Positions 27,916-38,410 of a stretch of DNA of 43,815 nt are shown here, in pieces. The stretch's first letter is position 1. The number at the start of each line of letters is the position of its first letter. The position numbers and the translations under genes were made by a program. Below the pieces are notes generated by a model. It was not told the DNA's origin, searched no databases, and saw only the letters and a program-made list of their open reading frames with translations. Origin of the DNA: Bradymonadia bacterium (GTDB lineage: Bacteria > Myxococcota_A > Bradymonadia > UBA7976 > UBA1532); contig JBKAGE010000013.1 in NCBI GenBank assembly GCA_046290225.1, positions 1 through 43,815 of the forward strand, read 5' to 3'.

Positions 27916-28656
27916 TCAGGCTGAGTATCGCCGACCTTGTACCAAAGGCTCGATCACACTCGCCGACACATCGAAGTCATCCGGATAGTGATGCAGCCGC
28001 ATCTTCGCTCGAAGATCCGCAGGCAGCTCCGCGAGGCGTTCATAAGGTGTATGAGCGCCGTAATTCGTCTCGTGGATGATCACGTCGGCAGCGCTGAGCC
28101 ACTCGAGCAGGCCTGGATCAAAGGCCGTGTCGGCGCTCATGCCCAGCGTGCGGCCGCCAGCGGTGATGCGCAGGGCCGTCGTAAAGATGTGATGGATCGT
28201 ACGGCGGCATTCGATGGTGAAGGGCCCGAACTGCACCGACGAGGTCAGCGACAGCGGTGTGTGGTCGAAGTAATCCGCAAAGCCCTTCTCGGGCATCGGG
28301 TGATGATCCGTGGGGTGGATCAGACAGCTCATGCTCGCTTCGAGGTGGCGATGCCACAGGGGTGCCACCACCTCGGGGTGTGCCAGCAGGGGCAGCGCGC
28401 GTTTGCAGACGAAGTGGTTGAAGAAGGCCAGCCCTTCGAGCCCCGAGACGTGATCCCCGTGCAGGTGGGTGAGGATCACCCCCGTGAGATCAGGCACGTC
28501 GATGTCGATCTCCGACTCCGCCATCATCTTGCGGATCGGGTGGGGGCAGTCCACGAGCAGGGTGGCCCCTTCAGCCTCGATGACCGTGCTCACCGAGTAG
28601 TACTTTGCCGTAAACGCATCTCCAACCCCCAGGGGGGTGAACGTCAAACCGCTCAC
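27916..28656 (-). CDS. MBL-fold metallo-hydrolase (RNase Z-like)
   Basis: THLHGDH, SADT, IIHE and HTPY motifs. Confidence 0.88.
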   Translation of the reverse strand: MSGLTFTPLGVGDAFTAKYYSVSTVIEAEGATLLVDCPHPIRKMMAESEIDIDVPDLTGVILTHLHGDHVSGLEGLAFFNHFVCKRALPLLAHPEVVAPLWHRHLEASMSCLIHPTDHHPMPEKGFADYFDHTPLSLTSSVQFGPFTIECRRTIHHIFTTALRITAGGRTLGMSADTAFDPGLLEWLSAADVIIHETNYGAHTPYERLAELPADLRAKMRLHHYPDDFDVSASVIEPLVQGRRYSA

Positions 28657-29903
28657 GAGAACACCTCCACAGTGGCATCGTCATGGGCCTCGGGTGTGAG
28701 TCCGGGGAACCGGAACCGCCCGCGGCGCAGAATCAACAGACACAGCATCAGCCCCAGGAAGGTGGTGATGCCGGCGAACAAAAAGAAGTCGGCGTACCCC
28801 CAAGCCTCGGCGAGGAAGCCGCTCAGGGCCGAGGTCACCCCAGTGCCCAGAACCACCACACTCGCCTGAAGTGTGTAGTCAGAGGCTTCGGTGTGAGGGC
28901 GGCAGGCGTCCATCATCAAGGTGAAGAGAGCCGCTGTGGCCAGGCCGCCTGCGAAGGTGTCGGCGATGACCACGCCATAGAGCACCTCGGGGCTCACCGA
29001 GCCCGAAGCCGGCAGCACATAGCCGGCCACCGCTGTGCTCTGCAGCGCCCCGAAGATCAGCAGCGCCCGGCGACGGCCGAGCCACTTGACCCCAAAGCCA
29101 CCGCCGATGGCCCCGAGCAAACCCGCGCCGAAACCCGCGAAACCCATGAGCCACCCGATGTCGCCGAGGCCCAGGCCCAGATCTTTGAGCATGGGCTTGG
29201 CCATGGCCGAAGCCATGGCGTCGGCGCCCTTGTAGAGGATCAGCACCAGCAGCCAGCTCCAGGCGCCAGGCATGGCCACAAAGCCCTTCAAGATGCGCCC
29301 CCAGCGGAGGGGCTTCGAGGGCGCCTGGCGGCGAGGCGCTTCGCGATGGCGCAACAGGGGGATCGTGGCCACCAGGAGCAGCCCCGACATCGACAGGAAG
29401 GTGCCCGTCCAGCCCAGATCTTCGTACGCCACCAGCAGCGCGCCACCACCGATGATCATGCCCACCCGATAACCTGCCACCTGCACGCCGTTCCCCGGGC
29501 CGCGCTCGTCGACTGTGAGCAGGCTGAGGGCCAAGCCGTCGGTGGCCACGTCCTGGGTGGCGGCGAGCAGGTTGGTGAGCATCACTCCGGTGAGCAGCAC
29601 CCAGAGCACCGACGGATCGATGGCCGACAGCACCGCCATCAGGGCCGCGGCGAGCCACTGCAGTGGCAAAATCCAGCTGCGCCGTGGGCCCCAGCGGCCG
29701 CCCTGGTGGCGATCGATGAAAGGGGCCCAGATGAACTTCAGCGCCCAGGGCAGGGCGAGCAGGTAGGTGAGCCCGATCCCCGCCAGCGAGATGCCCTGAT
29801 CTCTCAAGAACACCGGGAGCGCCTGTGTAAAGAAGCCAAAGGGCAGCCCCTGGGAGAAATACAGCGCGCCGAGGAGCCCGAGTTTGTGGGATGTACGCAT
29901 CAC
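28653..29903 (-). CDS. MFS transporter, AmpG/RhtX/FptX family
   Basis: LYFSQGLPFGF, LPWALKFIWAPFID and ATQDVATDG motifs; multiple TM segments. Confidence 0.9.
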   Translation of the reverse strand: MMRTSHKLGLLGALYFSQGLPFGFFTQALPVFLRDQGISLAGIGLTYLLALPWALKFIWAPFIDRHQGGRWGPRRSWILPLQWLAAALMAVLSAIDPSVLWVLLTGVMLTNLLAATQDVATDGLALSLLTVDERGPGNGVQVAGYRVGMIIGGGALLVAYEDLGWTGTFLSMSGLLLVATIPLLRHREAPRRQAPSKPLRWGRILKGFVAMPGAWSWLLVLILYKGADAMASAMAKPMLKDLGLGLGDIGWLMGFAGFGAGLLGAIGGGFGVKWLGRRRALLIFGALQSTAVAGYVLPASGSVSPEVLYGVVIADTFAGGLATAALFTLMMDACRPHTEASDYTLQASVVVLGTGVTSALSGFLAEAWGYADFFLFAGITTFLGLMLCLLILRRGRFRFPGLTPEAHDDATVEVFS

Positions 29904-30505
29904 GACACGCCCATGGGCTCGTGCGCCAGGAGGGCCTCGGCGAGCTGGGTGATGCGTCGGGCCCCATCACCCTCTTCGATCACGCCCGCTGCCGCCCGGC
30001 TCAGATGAAACAGCCCCTCTATGGTGCTGAGCAGCATCACCGCCCATGGCCGGGCAGTCTCGGTGGATCGACCGCGGGCCTCGAGCGTGGTGGCTGTCGC
30101 CGTTGTGAGTTGTTCGAGCAACTGGTCGAGGCCCGCCCGATACGCTGACTGCACATCGATGTTGCGTGCCGCCTCGGCGCCGAGGGCAGACCAGAGCGCG
30201 GCGAGGGCTCGATCTCCATCTTCGAGGCCGAGCAGGCGGCTCAAGAGGGTGGGCAGCGCGTCGGCCGGTGAGTCGGCATCGTCGCTCAAGTGCGCCTGAA
30301 CCTGGGCTGAGACCTGCTCGACGAGGCCCATGAGGATGGCGTGCTTGTTGGGGAAGTGATAGTGCACCAGCCCAGGAGAGGAGAGCCCCGCCTCTCGGGT
30401 AATGGCCGGGATGGTGGCTTTGTCATAGCCGCATTGCACCAGCAGACGCCCGAGGGCATCGATGATCTGCCTGCGGCGTTGAGCGGTGTTGCTCGGCCGG
30501 GCCAT
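29900..30505 (-). CDS. TetR/BetI family transcriptional regulator
   Basis: N-terminal HTH (ATIPAITREAGLSSPGLVHYHFPNK); GGAG RBS before ATG 30505. Confidence 0.9.
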   Translation of the reverse strand: MARPSNTAQRRRQIIDALGRLLVQCGYDKATIPAITREAGLSSPGLVHYHFPNKHAILMGLVEQVSAQVQAHLSDDADSPADALPTLLSRLLGLEDGDRALAALWSALGAEAARNIDVQSAYRAGLDQLLEQLTTATATTLEARGRSTETARPWAVMLLSTIEGLFHLSRAAAGVIEEGDGARRITQLAEALLAHEPMGVS

Positions 30506-30519
30506 GGTGCACTCCATAA

Positions 30520-30537
30520 ATTGGTTGGTTGACCAAT
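30520..30537. promoter_or_regulatory. Probable TetR operator (ATTGGTT-GGTT-GACCAAT)
   Basis: Imperfect palindrome in the divergent promoter region just upstream of the tetR RBS. Confidence 0.5.
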
Positions 30538-30582
30538 AAACTAGCGCCGCCTATGCGGGCGCGCAACTGCGAGCGTGGAACG

Positions 30583-31251
30583 ATGGGCAGATATGGCCTG
30601 ATTTCACTGGGGATGATCGTGGTCTTCCTCGCGCTCTTCGGGGTCGTGGAGGCCCTTGGCGTGCCTCTGTTGAGCGAGGGCAGCTGGATCGACGGTGAAG
30701 GGCAGCTGGTGTTGCCCGAGCACTCGGGGGCCGGGGCTGCGCTCATCGGGGTGGTGTTGCTGGTGGTCGACGTCTTGCTGCCAGTGCCCTCGAGCGTGGT
30801 GATGCTCGCCCACGGCGCCCTCTTCGGTGTGGTGGGCGGCACTGCACTCTCGTTGGTGGGCAGCACCCTCGCCGGCGCCGTGGCTTTCTGGCTGGGCCGT
30901 CGCGGTGGCCCTTTGCTGCAGAGGCTCGTGTCGGAGTCAGATCGCGCTCGGGCCGATGCGTTGTTGGCCCGCTATGGCCTGGTGGCCCTCGTCATCACTC
31001 GTCCTGTGCCGATGATCGCCGAGACGCTGGCGATCCTCGCAGGGACCTCATCGCTGCGGGCGGGGCCTGCGGTGCTGGCCATGGCCTTGGGCTCGATCCC
31101 CGCTGCGGCGCTGTATGCCGTCACCGGCGCCACCGCGGCGCGTCTGGACAACATGCTCTGGATTTTTGCCCTGGTGATGGTCATCGCCGGGGGGTTCTGG
31201 TGGGTTGCCCGCCGAGCGGCGTTGAAGTCTGCGCCGCGCTCGCTACCCTGA
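30583..31251 (+). CDS. VTT/DedA (SNARE-associated) membrane protein
   Basis: LPVPSSVVMLAHGALFG and TRPVPMIAE motifs; hydrophobic profile. Confidence 0.85.
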   Translation: MGRYGLISLGMIVVFLALFGVVEALGVPLLSEGSWIDGEGQLVLPEHSGAGAALIGVVLLVVDVLLPVPSSVVMLAHGALFGVVGGTALSLVGSTLAGAVAFWLGRRGGPLLQRLVSESDRARADALLARYGLVALVITRPVPMIAETLAILAGTSSLRAGPAVLAMALGSIPAAALYAVTGATAARLDNMLWIFALVMVIAGGFWWVARRAALKSAPRSLP

Positions 31252-31258
31252 GGCCATC

Positions 31259-31636
31259 ATGAAGAAGTGGATGATTCTGATCTTCATCGTCCTGGCCGGC
31301 GCCGGGGCCACCTGGGCGCTCAACGCCCGGGTCACCGAGACGGTGCAGGTGACGGTGCGCTCGCTGTACCGCACCACGAACATCAGCCGCTATGGTCCGG
31401 GCATCTCGGGCATCATGGTGGTGGTGACTGATCAGGGGGAGTTCGCCTTCCCCGAGTCACGGGCGGCACATCAACTGGCCAAGGGGCAAACCCACCACTG
31501 GCAGGTGAGCCGGCCGCTCATCGGCGAGGCCCGCCCCCTCGTCGAGGCTTTTGTGGCCACCAATGGCAACCTGACCCCCGTGAAGCAGGCTCACCTCAAG
31601 GTGCCGCCTTCTGGTGCTGCACCGCCTGCACCATGA
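31259..31636 (+). CDS. Hypothetical protein with an N-terminal membrane anchor
   Basis: GAGG RBS; MKKWMILIFIVLAG; GC3-biased codons. Confidence 0.6.
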   Translation: MKKWMILIFIVLAGAGATWALNARVTETVQVTVRSLYRTTNISRYGPGISGIMVVVTDQGEFAFPESRAAHQLAKGQTHHWQVSRPLIGEARPLVEAFVATNGNLTPVKQAHLKVPPSGAAPPAP

Positions 31637-32627
31637 GCTGGTAGGCCTCCTGGTGACCAGGCTGTGCCTTGATCACCCGCTCCATGTTCTCTTTGCAGAT
31701 TTGATAGAGCCCCTTGGCGCAGGCCTGTTTGCCCGAGTGGAACAACTCGTCGACGGAGAGCTCCACTTGCACTGGGGTGCGAGCGGGCGCAGCCATGGGC
31801 GCATCCTCTGCAGGCTCTGCAGGGGGCTCTTCGACCAACTGCTCATCTGTAGACGCCATGTGCTCGGCCGTGGGCTCGGGCAGGGGCTCGGGTGTGAGCA
31901 GCGCGGGGGCTGTGGGTGTGGCCGAGGCCGCTGGCGCTGCGTGTGTGCGCTTCGACTGTGACCATTGCCATATGCCGACGCCGAGGAGGGCAGAGGCGGC
32001 GAGGGCCGTGACCATCAGGGCCCCGCTGCGTCGAGGCGGTGCCTCGGGCATGGAGGCGCCTATGGATGCTCGAGGGCGAGGCTGGGCCTGAGGACGATGG
32101 ATCCGAGGGGCTTCCTGGCGTTGAATCACCGCCTCGGGGGTCACCGCAGGTTGTTGATCGCTGGAGATCAGCGGATCTTCCATGAGTGAGGGCAGGGGAG
32201 ACGGCTCGATGTCGAGCGTCTGGCGACGCGGTCCGCCCGGTGTGCGCTCTGGTGGTGGAGGCAACAGGTCGAGGCTTGGGGTGCCCATCGGATCGGCGCC
32301 GAGCAGCGTGTTGCTCTGGCGCGATCGGCTCGGTCGCGCGTCGATGGGCGTAGGCTCTGGGGTGAGTGGGACCTTGTGCGGTGTGTAGAGAGAGACCTCG
32401 GCGATGCCCCCGAGGGACTCCATCACCGTGACCCACTGCTCTGCCTCGGATTGAGTGGCGCACCGTACGATCTCGCACGGCCCCTGTAGTAAGGCCCGTG
32501 TGAGTGCATTGCGACCCCAACCTGCTGCCGGGGCCATGACCTCGGCAAAGGCTCTGACGAGCTCTGCGTCAGCGGGCTCTGGTGGGTGCAACCACACGGC
32601 CCACTGATCGATGTCTGCTTCCCCCAT
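31596..32627 (-). CDS. Hypothetical bitopic protein (N-terminal L7/L12-CTD-like region, Pro-rich linker, TM helix, C-terminal TPR)
   Basis: GGAGG RBS before ATG 32627; TM segment LMVTALAASALLGVGIW; TPR-like tail. Confidence 0.6.
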   Translation of the reverse strand: MGEADIDQWAVWLHPPEPADAELVRAFAEVMAPAAGWGRNALTRALLQGPCEIVRCATQSEAEQWVTVMESLGGIAEVSLYTPHKVPLTPEPTPIDARPSRSRQSNTLLGADPMGTPSLDLLPPPPERTPGGPRRQTLDIEPSPLPSLMEDPLISSDQQPAVTPEAVIQRQEAPRIHRPQAQPRPRASIGASMPEAPPRRSGALMVTALAASALLGVGIWQWSQSKRTHAAPAASATPTAPALLTPEPLPEPTAEHMASTDEQLVEEPPAEPAEDAPMAAPARTPVQVELSVDELFHSGKQACAKGLYQICKENMERVIKAQPGHQEAYQLMVQAVQHQKAAP

Positions 32628-32774
32628 GCGTCCCTCCGTACGACACTGGGTGATGCCCTCAACCACGTCTCCTCTATGGTTGTGCCTTGGCTGTATGGGG
32701 CGACGCAAGTGGTCAAGTGTGTGTATCTGGCAATCGCCCTGCGGTGACTGCAGGCCAGGTGGTATATCGATGAC

Positions 32775-34124
32775 ATGACCGAACCCGTTTCTTCTCCGCA
32801 ACGACGTCTTCGCTGGCTTCAAGGGGCGCTTCTGCTCGCCGCCGCCGCCACGCTGTTGATCACGGTCTGGGCGATGTACAGCGCCGTGATGCGCACCTCT
32901 GATGCCGTGGCTCGAAGCCAGGGTGATCAGTTGCTCAGAGCGCTGCATCATCAGCGTGTGCTCCCCCTCAACACCAGGTTTCTCTCCAGAGTGGCCCGCG
33001 ATCTCTCAGATGTTGGTCTTCGGCGGGTGGTGGTCTATGCCGCCAGCGGCGAGGTGAAGTTCCACATCGACACTGATCACCCGGGCACGCCACCGCCTGT
33101 GTTGGAAGAGGTGCGCATCTCCGCACGCCCTGGCAGCGTGCAGAGGCTCGACAACGGGCGATTGCGGGTGATGTCGCGGCCCGAGCTGCCTCCGCCGGGC
33201 GGTGGCGGGCCACCTCTGGGTGCGCGAATGCCCGATGGCCCACCCCGGGGGCCCACCTTCATGGACACCCCCCCACCGCCGGGTGGGGCTCGGGTGCGCA
33301 ACGCGCCGGCCAAATCCATCATGATCGAGTTTGAGCCCACAACGGCCATGAGCCTGCAGGTTCAGGGGGAGCAGACCTTGATGGTGGGCGCCTTTGTGGC
33401 GTTGTTGCTGCTCGGCGCTTCGGTCGGTGTGTGGCGTCTCTCGGTGAAGGCCGAGCTCGCCCAGCAGGCCCAGGAGCGCGATCGACGGCTGGCCATGCTC
33501 GGTGAGATGTCGGCGATCCTCGCCCACGAGATCAGGAACCCCCTGGCATCGTTGAAGGGCCACGCGCAGCTGCTCTCCGAAGGCCTCGGTGAGGCGCCCC
33601 GCAAGAAGCGAAAAGCAGACTTCGTCATCAAAGAGGCGATCCGGCTGGAGAAGCTCTGCGAAGATCTGCTCAGCCTCGTGCGCTCGGGGCAGATCGAGCG
33701 TGTGGAGACAGATCCGAAGGTGGTGGTGGAGGTCTCTGCCGAGTCAGTGAGCGCCGAGCGCTTCACATTGCACCTCGATGAGGCGCCGAGTCACTGGCCC
33801 CTGGATCCAGGCCGTATGCAGCAAGTGCTCATCAACTTGATGCGCAACGCGATGCAGGCGGCCCCCGAAGAAGCCCCCACTGAGGTGACGGCGAAGTTGG
33901 AGGGTGGCCAGCTGATCTTCGTGGTCCGCGATCATGGCCCCGGGATCCCTGCAGATGTGGTGGACAAGATCTTCGAGCCGTTCCACACCAACAAGGTGAA
34001 GGGTGGCACGGGCCTGGGCCTCGCCGTGGCCCGCCGCGTGGTGGAGCAGCATGGCGGTACGATCGTGACCCACAACCACCCCGAGGGTGGCGCGGTCTTT
34101 ACGATTACGATCCCCAGGCCGTGA
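32775..34124 (+). CDS. Membrane sensor histidine kinase
   Basis: H box LAHEIRNPL, N box NLMRNA, G boxes DHGPG and GTGLGL; two TM segments. Confidence 0.95.
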   Translation: MTEPVSSPQRRLRWLQGALLLAAAATLLITVWAMYSAVMRTSDAVARSQGDQLLRALHHQRVLPLNTRFLSRVARDLSDVGLRRVVVYAASGEVKFHIDTDHPGTPPPVLEEVRISARPGSVQRLDNGRLRVMSRPELPPPGGGGPPLGARMPDGPPRGPTFMDTPPPPGGARVRNAPAKSIMIEFEPTTAMSLQVQGEQTLMVGAFVALLLLGASVGVWRLSVKAELAQQAQERDRRLAMLGEMSAILAHEIRNPLASLKGHAQLLSEGLGEAPRKKRKADFVIKEAIRLEKLCEDLLSLVRSGQIERVETDPKVVVEVSAESVSAERFTLHLDEAPSHWPLDPGRMQQVLINLMRNAMQAAPEEAPTEVTAKLEGGQLIFVVRDHGPGIPADVVDKIFEPFHTNKVKGGTGLGLAVARRVVEQHGGTIVTHNHPEGGAVFTITIPRP

Positions 34125-34219
34125 AGAGTCGCCATCTCCTTGTATGTGGATCACAATGTGGATCCGAGGCGCAAACAACGCATTGATGTCGTGAACCCCA
34201 AACCCGCTGGATGTAGCCC

Positions 34220-35548
34220 GTGGCTCGAATCCTGATCGTCGATGATGAAGAAGGCATACGCGCCTTCATGGCTGAGGTGCTCGAAGACGAGGGCCACGAG
34301 GTGGAAGAGGCCGTCGATGGCGTCGATGCCGTGGTGAAGCTCGAGGCCCGCAGTTTCCACCTGATGTTCACCGACATGCGCATGCCTCGCATGAATGGCA
34401 TGGAGCTGCTCAAGAAGGTCAAGACGGATCGCCCCGAGATGGAGGTGATCATGCTCACCGCCCACGGCTCGGTGGATGGCGCCGTCGAGGCGATGAAGTA
34501 CGGCGCTCTGGATTATCTCAACAAGCCCCTGAGTGGCCCTGCGGAGCTGCGCCTCGTGGCTGCCCGTGCTCTGGAGCGGGTGAACCTGAAGTCCGCTCAG
34601 GAGCGGGCCGAGGCCCAGGCCCCTGGCGAGGTGGTCCTCACCTATGGCGCCCCCGCCATGGCCCCAGTGGTGAAGGCCCTGAAGCGGGTGGCTCAGACCG
34701 ACGCCACGGTGCTGCTCGTGGGTGAGAGCGGCACCGGGAAGGAAGAGGCTGCCCGGGCGGTGCACCGTTGGAGCAAGCGATCAGCGGGCCCCTTCGTGGC
34801 CATCAACTGCGCGGCATTGTCGGACAGCTTGCTCGAGAGCGAGCTCTTCGGCCACGAGCCTGGGGCCTTCACTGGGGCCCAGAAACGTCGTCGTGGTCGG
34901 GTGGAGCTCGCCGACGGTGGCACGTTCTTCCTCGACGAGATCGGCGAGCTGAAGCTCGAATTGCAGGCGAAGCTCTTACGGGTGTTGCAGGAGCGCCGCT
35001 TCGAGCGCGTGGGTGGCAACCGCACCCTCGAGGTGGACGTGCGCTGGGTGGCGGCGACGAACCGCGATCTCCACGAGGAGATGAGCAAGGGCCGGTTCCG
35101 GGAAGATCTCTACCATCGTCTGGCGGTGTTCCCGGTGCAGCTGCCGCGCCTCAGCGAGCGTCGGGAGGACATCGTACCCATCGCCGAGTCGCTGCTGCAT
35201 CGCATCGGCCGTGATCTGGGTCGACCGGGCCTCGGCTTGGCCCCAGATGGCAAACAATGGCTCACCGATCAACCCTGGCCAGGGAACGTCCGGCAGCTGG
35301 CCAACGCCCTCGAGCGGGCGGCGATTCTCAGCGATGACCTGGCGATCAACGCCGAGTGTCTGGCGCTACACCCTGATGCAGGCAAGGGCGGCAACACGCT
35401 GGTGGGTCGCACCCTCGCGGACATCGAGCGCATGGCCGTAGAAGAGACCCTGCGTCACTGCGGGGGTCACCGTCAGAAGACCGCAGAGATGCTGGGCATC
35501 GGAGAGCGTACGCTTTACGACAAGCTCAAGAAGTATGGCCTGACCTGA
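34220..35548 (+). CDS. Sigma54-dependent response regulator (NtrC/AtoC family)
   Basis: REC domain, [22 protein letters not shown] and a Fis-type HTH. Confidence 0.96.
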   Translation: MARILIVDDEEGIRAFMAEVLEDEGHEVEEAVDGVDAVVKLEARSFHLMFTDMRMPRMNGMELLKKVKTDRPEMEVIMLTAHGSVDGAVEAMKYGALDYLNKPLSGPAELRLVAARALERVNLKSAQERAEAQAPGEVVLTYGAPAMAPVVKALKRVAQTDATVLLVGESGTGKEEAARAVHRWSKRSAGPFVAINCAALSDSLLESELFGHEPGAFTGAQKRRRGRVELADGGTFFLDEIGELKLELQAKLLRVLQERRFERVGGNRTLEVDVRWVAATNRDLHEEMSKGRFREDLYHRLAVFPVQLPRLSERREDIVPIAESLLHRIGRDLGRPGLGLAPDGKQWLTDQPWPGNVRQLANALERAAILSDDLAINAECLALHPDAGKGGNTLVGRTLADIERMAVEETLRHCGGHRQKTAEMLGIGERTLYDKLKKYGLT

Positions 35549-35558
35549 CCTGGCGTGG

Positions 35559-36743
35559 TCAGAGCGCGGTGACGTTCACCAGCACTTGAACCTCGGGCTC
35601 GTCTTCGTCATCCGACTCGATCAAGATCCGGGCGGTGAAGTCACCTGCTTCGATGGGCGTAAACGACACATCGAGGGTGACGATCTCGTCCACCATGACC
35701 GTGGCTTCGGTGAGCGAGATCTCGAAGACATCGGGCGTCTCCGACATCAGCGTGATCGATGACACGTTCAGCACGATGTCACCAAGGTTGCCGATGGAGA
35801 GCTGCCGTGTGCTCGTGTCACCCACCATGGTGTCGGGCAAGTCGAGCAGGGTGGGGTTGACCTCGATCTCCGGCCACAGTCGCCCGCACGTCGCGTCAGT
35901 GCAGATGGACTGGGCGTCACAGGTCTCCTCGAGGCTGATCAGATCACCGCAGATGTTCTGGGACCAGATCTCGTGGGCGCCTTCGTCGCTCACGACGCAG
36001 GTCGACGTGACCATCGAGCCTTCGACAGGATCGAGACAGACCGATGTGGGTCGACCCTCGAGGGTGACACAGTCGAGCTCGGCGCAGTCTCCGATGCCTT
36101 CACAGACATCACAGCGCTCGCCGCCAGCGCAGGTCGACACTTCGCCCTCGAAGGTGGTGCAGGCCTCGCCCACCGGGCAAGTGCCACCACGCGCCCGATC
36201 ACAACATCTCAAGTCTGCAGGGGGCTCTCCTGGCTGGCAGAGGCCGTCTTCTGAGCACGAGAAGCCTGCTGCGCATCCACAGTGAGAGGTGCATGCCTCG
36301 CAGAGTTGCCCCGAGCTCTCCCAGATGCCCCACTGCACACACCGTGGGGGCGCCTCGCATGAATATCGCTCGCGGCATTCCAGTGAGGGCTCGCAGGTCT
36401 CCTGTGGAGTGCAGGTGTAGAGCGTCGTTGCGTCGCCTTCGGCTCTACATGCACCTGCTGCTTCCATCTCGGGGACACACAGGTCTTCCATGGGGGCGCA
36501 GGTGGCGATGAGATCAGCTTCAAAGGGCAGACACACCATGCCCATGCCGGCACAGTCCACCCGAGACAGGTAGCGGTTCCAACCCCCATCGGGATCATCA
36601 CCGCCCCTGCAGCTCAGCAGCACGTCGTCCTCGCACCAGCTGGTGTTCTCTTGAGCCCGCGAGCACTCGTAGGTGCCGCAAGCGCATCCGGGCAAGAAGG
36701 GTGACATTGCCATGAGCACCCACAAGAGCAGCCACTTCCACAT
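35559..36743 (-). CDS. Cys-rich lipoprotein with a C-terminal Ig-like (choice-of-anchor D) domain
   Basis: Lipobox LPGC; many Cys residues; IGNLGDIVL...IESDDEDEP. Confidence 0.7.
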   Translation of the reverse strand: MWKWLLLWVLMAMSPFLPGCACGTYECSRAQENTSWCEDDVLLSCRGGDDPDGGWNRYLSRVDCAGMGMVCLPFEADLIATCAPMEDLCVPEMEAAGACRAEGDATTLYTCTPQETCEPSLECRERYSCEAPPRCVQWGIWESSGQLCEACTSHCGCAAGFSCSEDGLCQPGEPPADLRCCDRARGGTCPVGEACTTFEGEVSTCAGGERCDVCEGIGDCAELDCVTLEGRPTSVCLDPVEGSMVTSTCVVSDEGAHEIWSQNICGDLISLEETCDAQSICTDATCGRLWPEIEVNPTLLDLPDTMVGDTSTRQLSIGNLGDIVLNVSSITLMSETPDVFEISLTEATVMVDEIVTLDVSFTPIEAGDFTARILIESDDEDEPEVQVLVNVTAL

Positions 36744-36758
36744 TGTCGACCCTGTGCG

Positions 36759-37118
36759 TTACGCGTCGCGGTGCACCGTATCGGGGGAGAACGCCGGCAG
36801 ACAAATCGCCACGTACTCCGTGTCGCCGTCGGGGGTGCTGTAGCGCACCCACTCACCGGCTTTGGTGAGGATCGCCTGGTCGGCCCCCACCTTCATCACC
36901 CCGCCCTCGTACTCCACCGTGAGCAGGCCCTTCAAGACCACAGTGTACTCGTCGAACTCCGGGCGCTGGCCCGGCTCGGACCAGCCCTCCGGTGAGCGCA
37001 TACGGGCGACGCTCAGACGGGTTTCGCCGGTGTTCACCGCGCCGACGAACTCGTCGATGTGTTTGGGTGGAGTACCGACGGCGGCGACGCGGGTGGGCTT
37101 CTCGATCAATGTAGGCAT
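36759..37118 (-). CDS. Cupin domain protein (EutQ-like)
   Basis: WSEPGQRPEFDEYTVVLKG and GEWVRYSTP motifs. Confidence 0.85.
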   Translation of the reverse strand: MPTLIEKPTRVAAVGTPPKHIDEFVGAVNTGETRLSVARMRSPEGWSEPGQRPEFDEYTVVLKGLLTVEYEGGVMKVGADQAILTKAGEWVRYSTPDGDTEYVAICLPAFSPDTVHRDA

Positions 37119-37167
37119 GAGGGCTCCTGCTCGGTGGTGAGCACCACCAGAGTGGTCGGTTCGATGT

Positions 37168-38400
37168 TCAGGGCAGTTCGTCCACAGAGAAAGACATCCC
37201 TGCGGCTTCGAGGCGATCCTTGAGGCCGAGGCCGAGGCCCAGTGCAGGGGTGATGACCCCAGCGGCTTCGGGCAGCGCCCCGCGATCTGTCGCCAGCATC
37301 AGGGCCGCCTCGCACAGGATCTTCACCGTGATGCGGTTCCCTGGATCACCCTTGCTCTTGAGGGTGCCCAGGAGCTTTCGGCCGTCTTCCGACTCGGCGA
37401 TGTAGCGCACCCGCATGAAGCCGTTGTCCATCGCTTCATCAGAGGGCCCCTCACCTGGAGCCGGGGCCAGGCGTTTGATCACGCGGCGGCCCAGAGGGGA
37501 AGACACCGCCTTGGCGAAGGCGCCCAGACCGAGGGCCATGGCCCAGGCCTGCCGCTTCGACTTCACCTCCATCGTCTCCTGATAGACGAAGTGCGGGCCA
37601 TAGCCTGCATCGGCATCAGAGAAGAGCGCGTGGCTGCGTCGCACCACCCGGGTGTTTACCGGCGCCATGAAGAAAGGCGTGAGCCAGGTCTGCAGATCCT
37701 CGTCGAAGGCAGGCTCCCGCACATCTTTGCTGCGCTCACGGGCTGCTTTGGTGCGGTGGGGTTTGGGGTTGAGCAACACCGGATCGCCCATGCGGCGGTT
37801 CACTCCGGCCTCACCCATGTTCGTCGCCGAAGCGAGGGTGCCGCCGTTGAAGCCGCCTTTGGCCACGAAGGCCGCCCGCACCGAACGGGTGGGCTGGTCG
37901 AAGCGTGATTTGATCTCGTGCACCATCCAGAGCGTGCCCAGATCCGACGGCACCGAGTCGAAGCCACAGAAGGGGATGATGCGCGTGCCGTTGAGCACTG
38001 CTTCGTCATGGTGGGCGTCGATCATATCCCGGGCCCAGGGGGTCTCCCCGGTGATGTCGACATAGTCGGTCTGGTGGCGCACACAGGCCTCCACCACCGG
38101 GGTGCCGTACAGCGCAAAGGGCCCAGCGGTGGTGAGCAGCACTCGGGTCTGGGCAGCCATGGCGTCCACCGATGCGGGATCGGCGCTGTTGGCCACCACC
38201 ACGTCTACTGAGGCAGCTTTGGGGCCCAAATCGTCGAGCAGAGCCTTGAGCTTGCCGAGGTTGCGGCCAGCAACGGCCCACTTCACATCAGCGGGGGCGT
38301 GGGCGAGGAAGTATTCGGCGGTCTGCCGGCCGGTGAAGCCGGTGGCGCCGTACAGGATGACGTCGTAGGGACGCCCTTCGGAGGAGGTAGTCTGAGCCAT
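37168..38400 (-). CDS. Saccharopine dehydrogenase-like / trans-acting enoyl reductase family oxidoreductase
   Basis: YGATGFTG, AGPF, YVDITGE and CGFDSVPSD motifs. Confidence 0.9.
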   Translation of the reverse strand: MAQTTSSEGRPYDVILYGATGFTGRQTAEYFLAHAPADVKWAVAGRNLGKLKALLDDLGPKAASVDVVVANSADPASVDAMAAQTRVLLTTAGPFALYGTPVVEACVRHQTDYVDITGETPWARDMIDAHHDEAVLNGTRIIPFCGFDSVPSDLGTLWMVHEIKSRFDQPTRSVRAAFVAKGGFNGGTLASATNMGEAGVNRRMGDPVLLNPKPHRTKAARERSKDVREPAFDEDLQTWLTPFFMAPVNTRVVRRSHALFSDADAGYGPHFVYQETMEVKSKRQAWAMALGLGAFAKAVSSPLGRRVIKRLAPAPGEGPSDEAMDNGFMRVRYIAESEDGRKLLGTLKSKGDPGNRITVKILCEAALMLATDRGALPEAAGVITPALGLGLGLKDRLEAAGMSFSVDELP

Positions 38401-38410
38401 GGGCCCAGAT

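Noticed and set aside
27274..27988. Several 66-120 aa ORFs between the desaturase and MBL genes
   Set aside because: They translate the palindromic repeat (the same peptide AYAGGAKRRLPT appears on both strands) and have no transposase motifs
28683..30008. 441-aa plus-strand ORF and the 363-aa alternative minus frame
   Set aside because: Shadow or alternative frames of the MFS transporter gene
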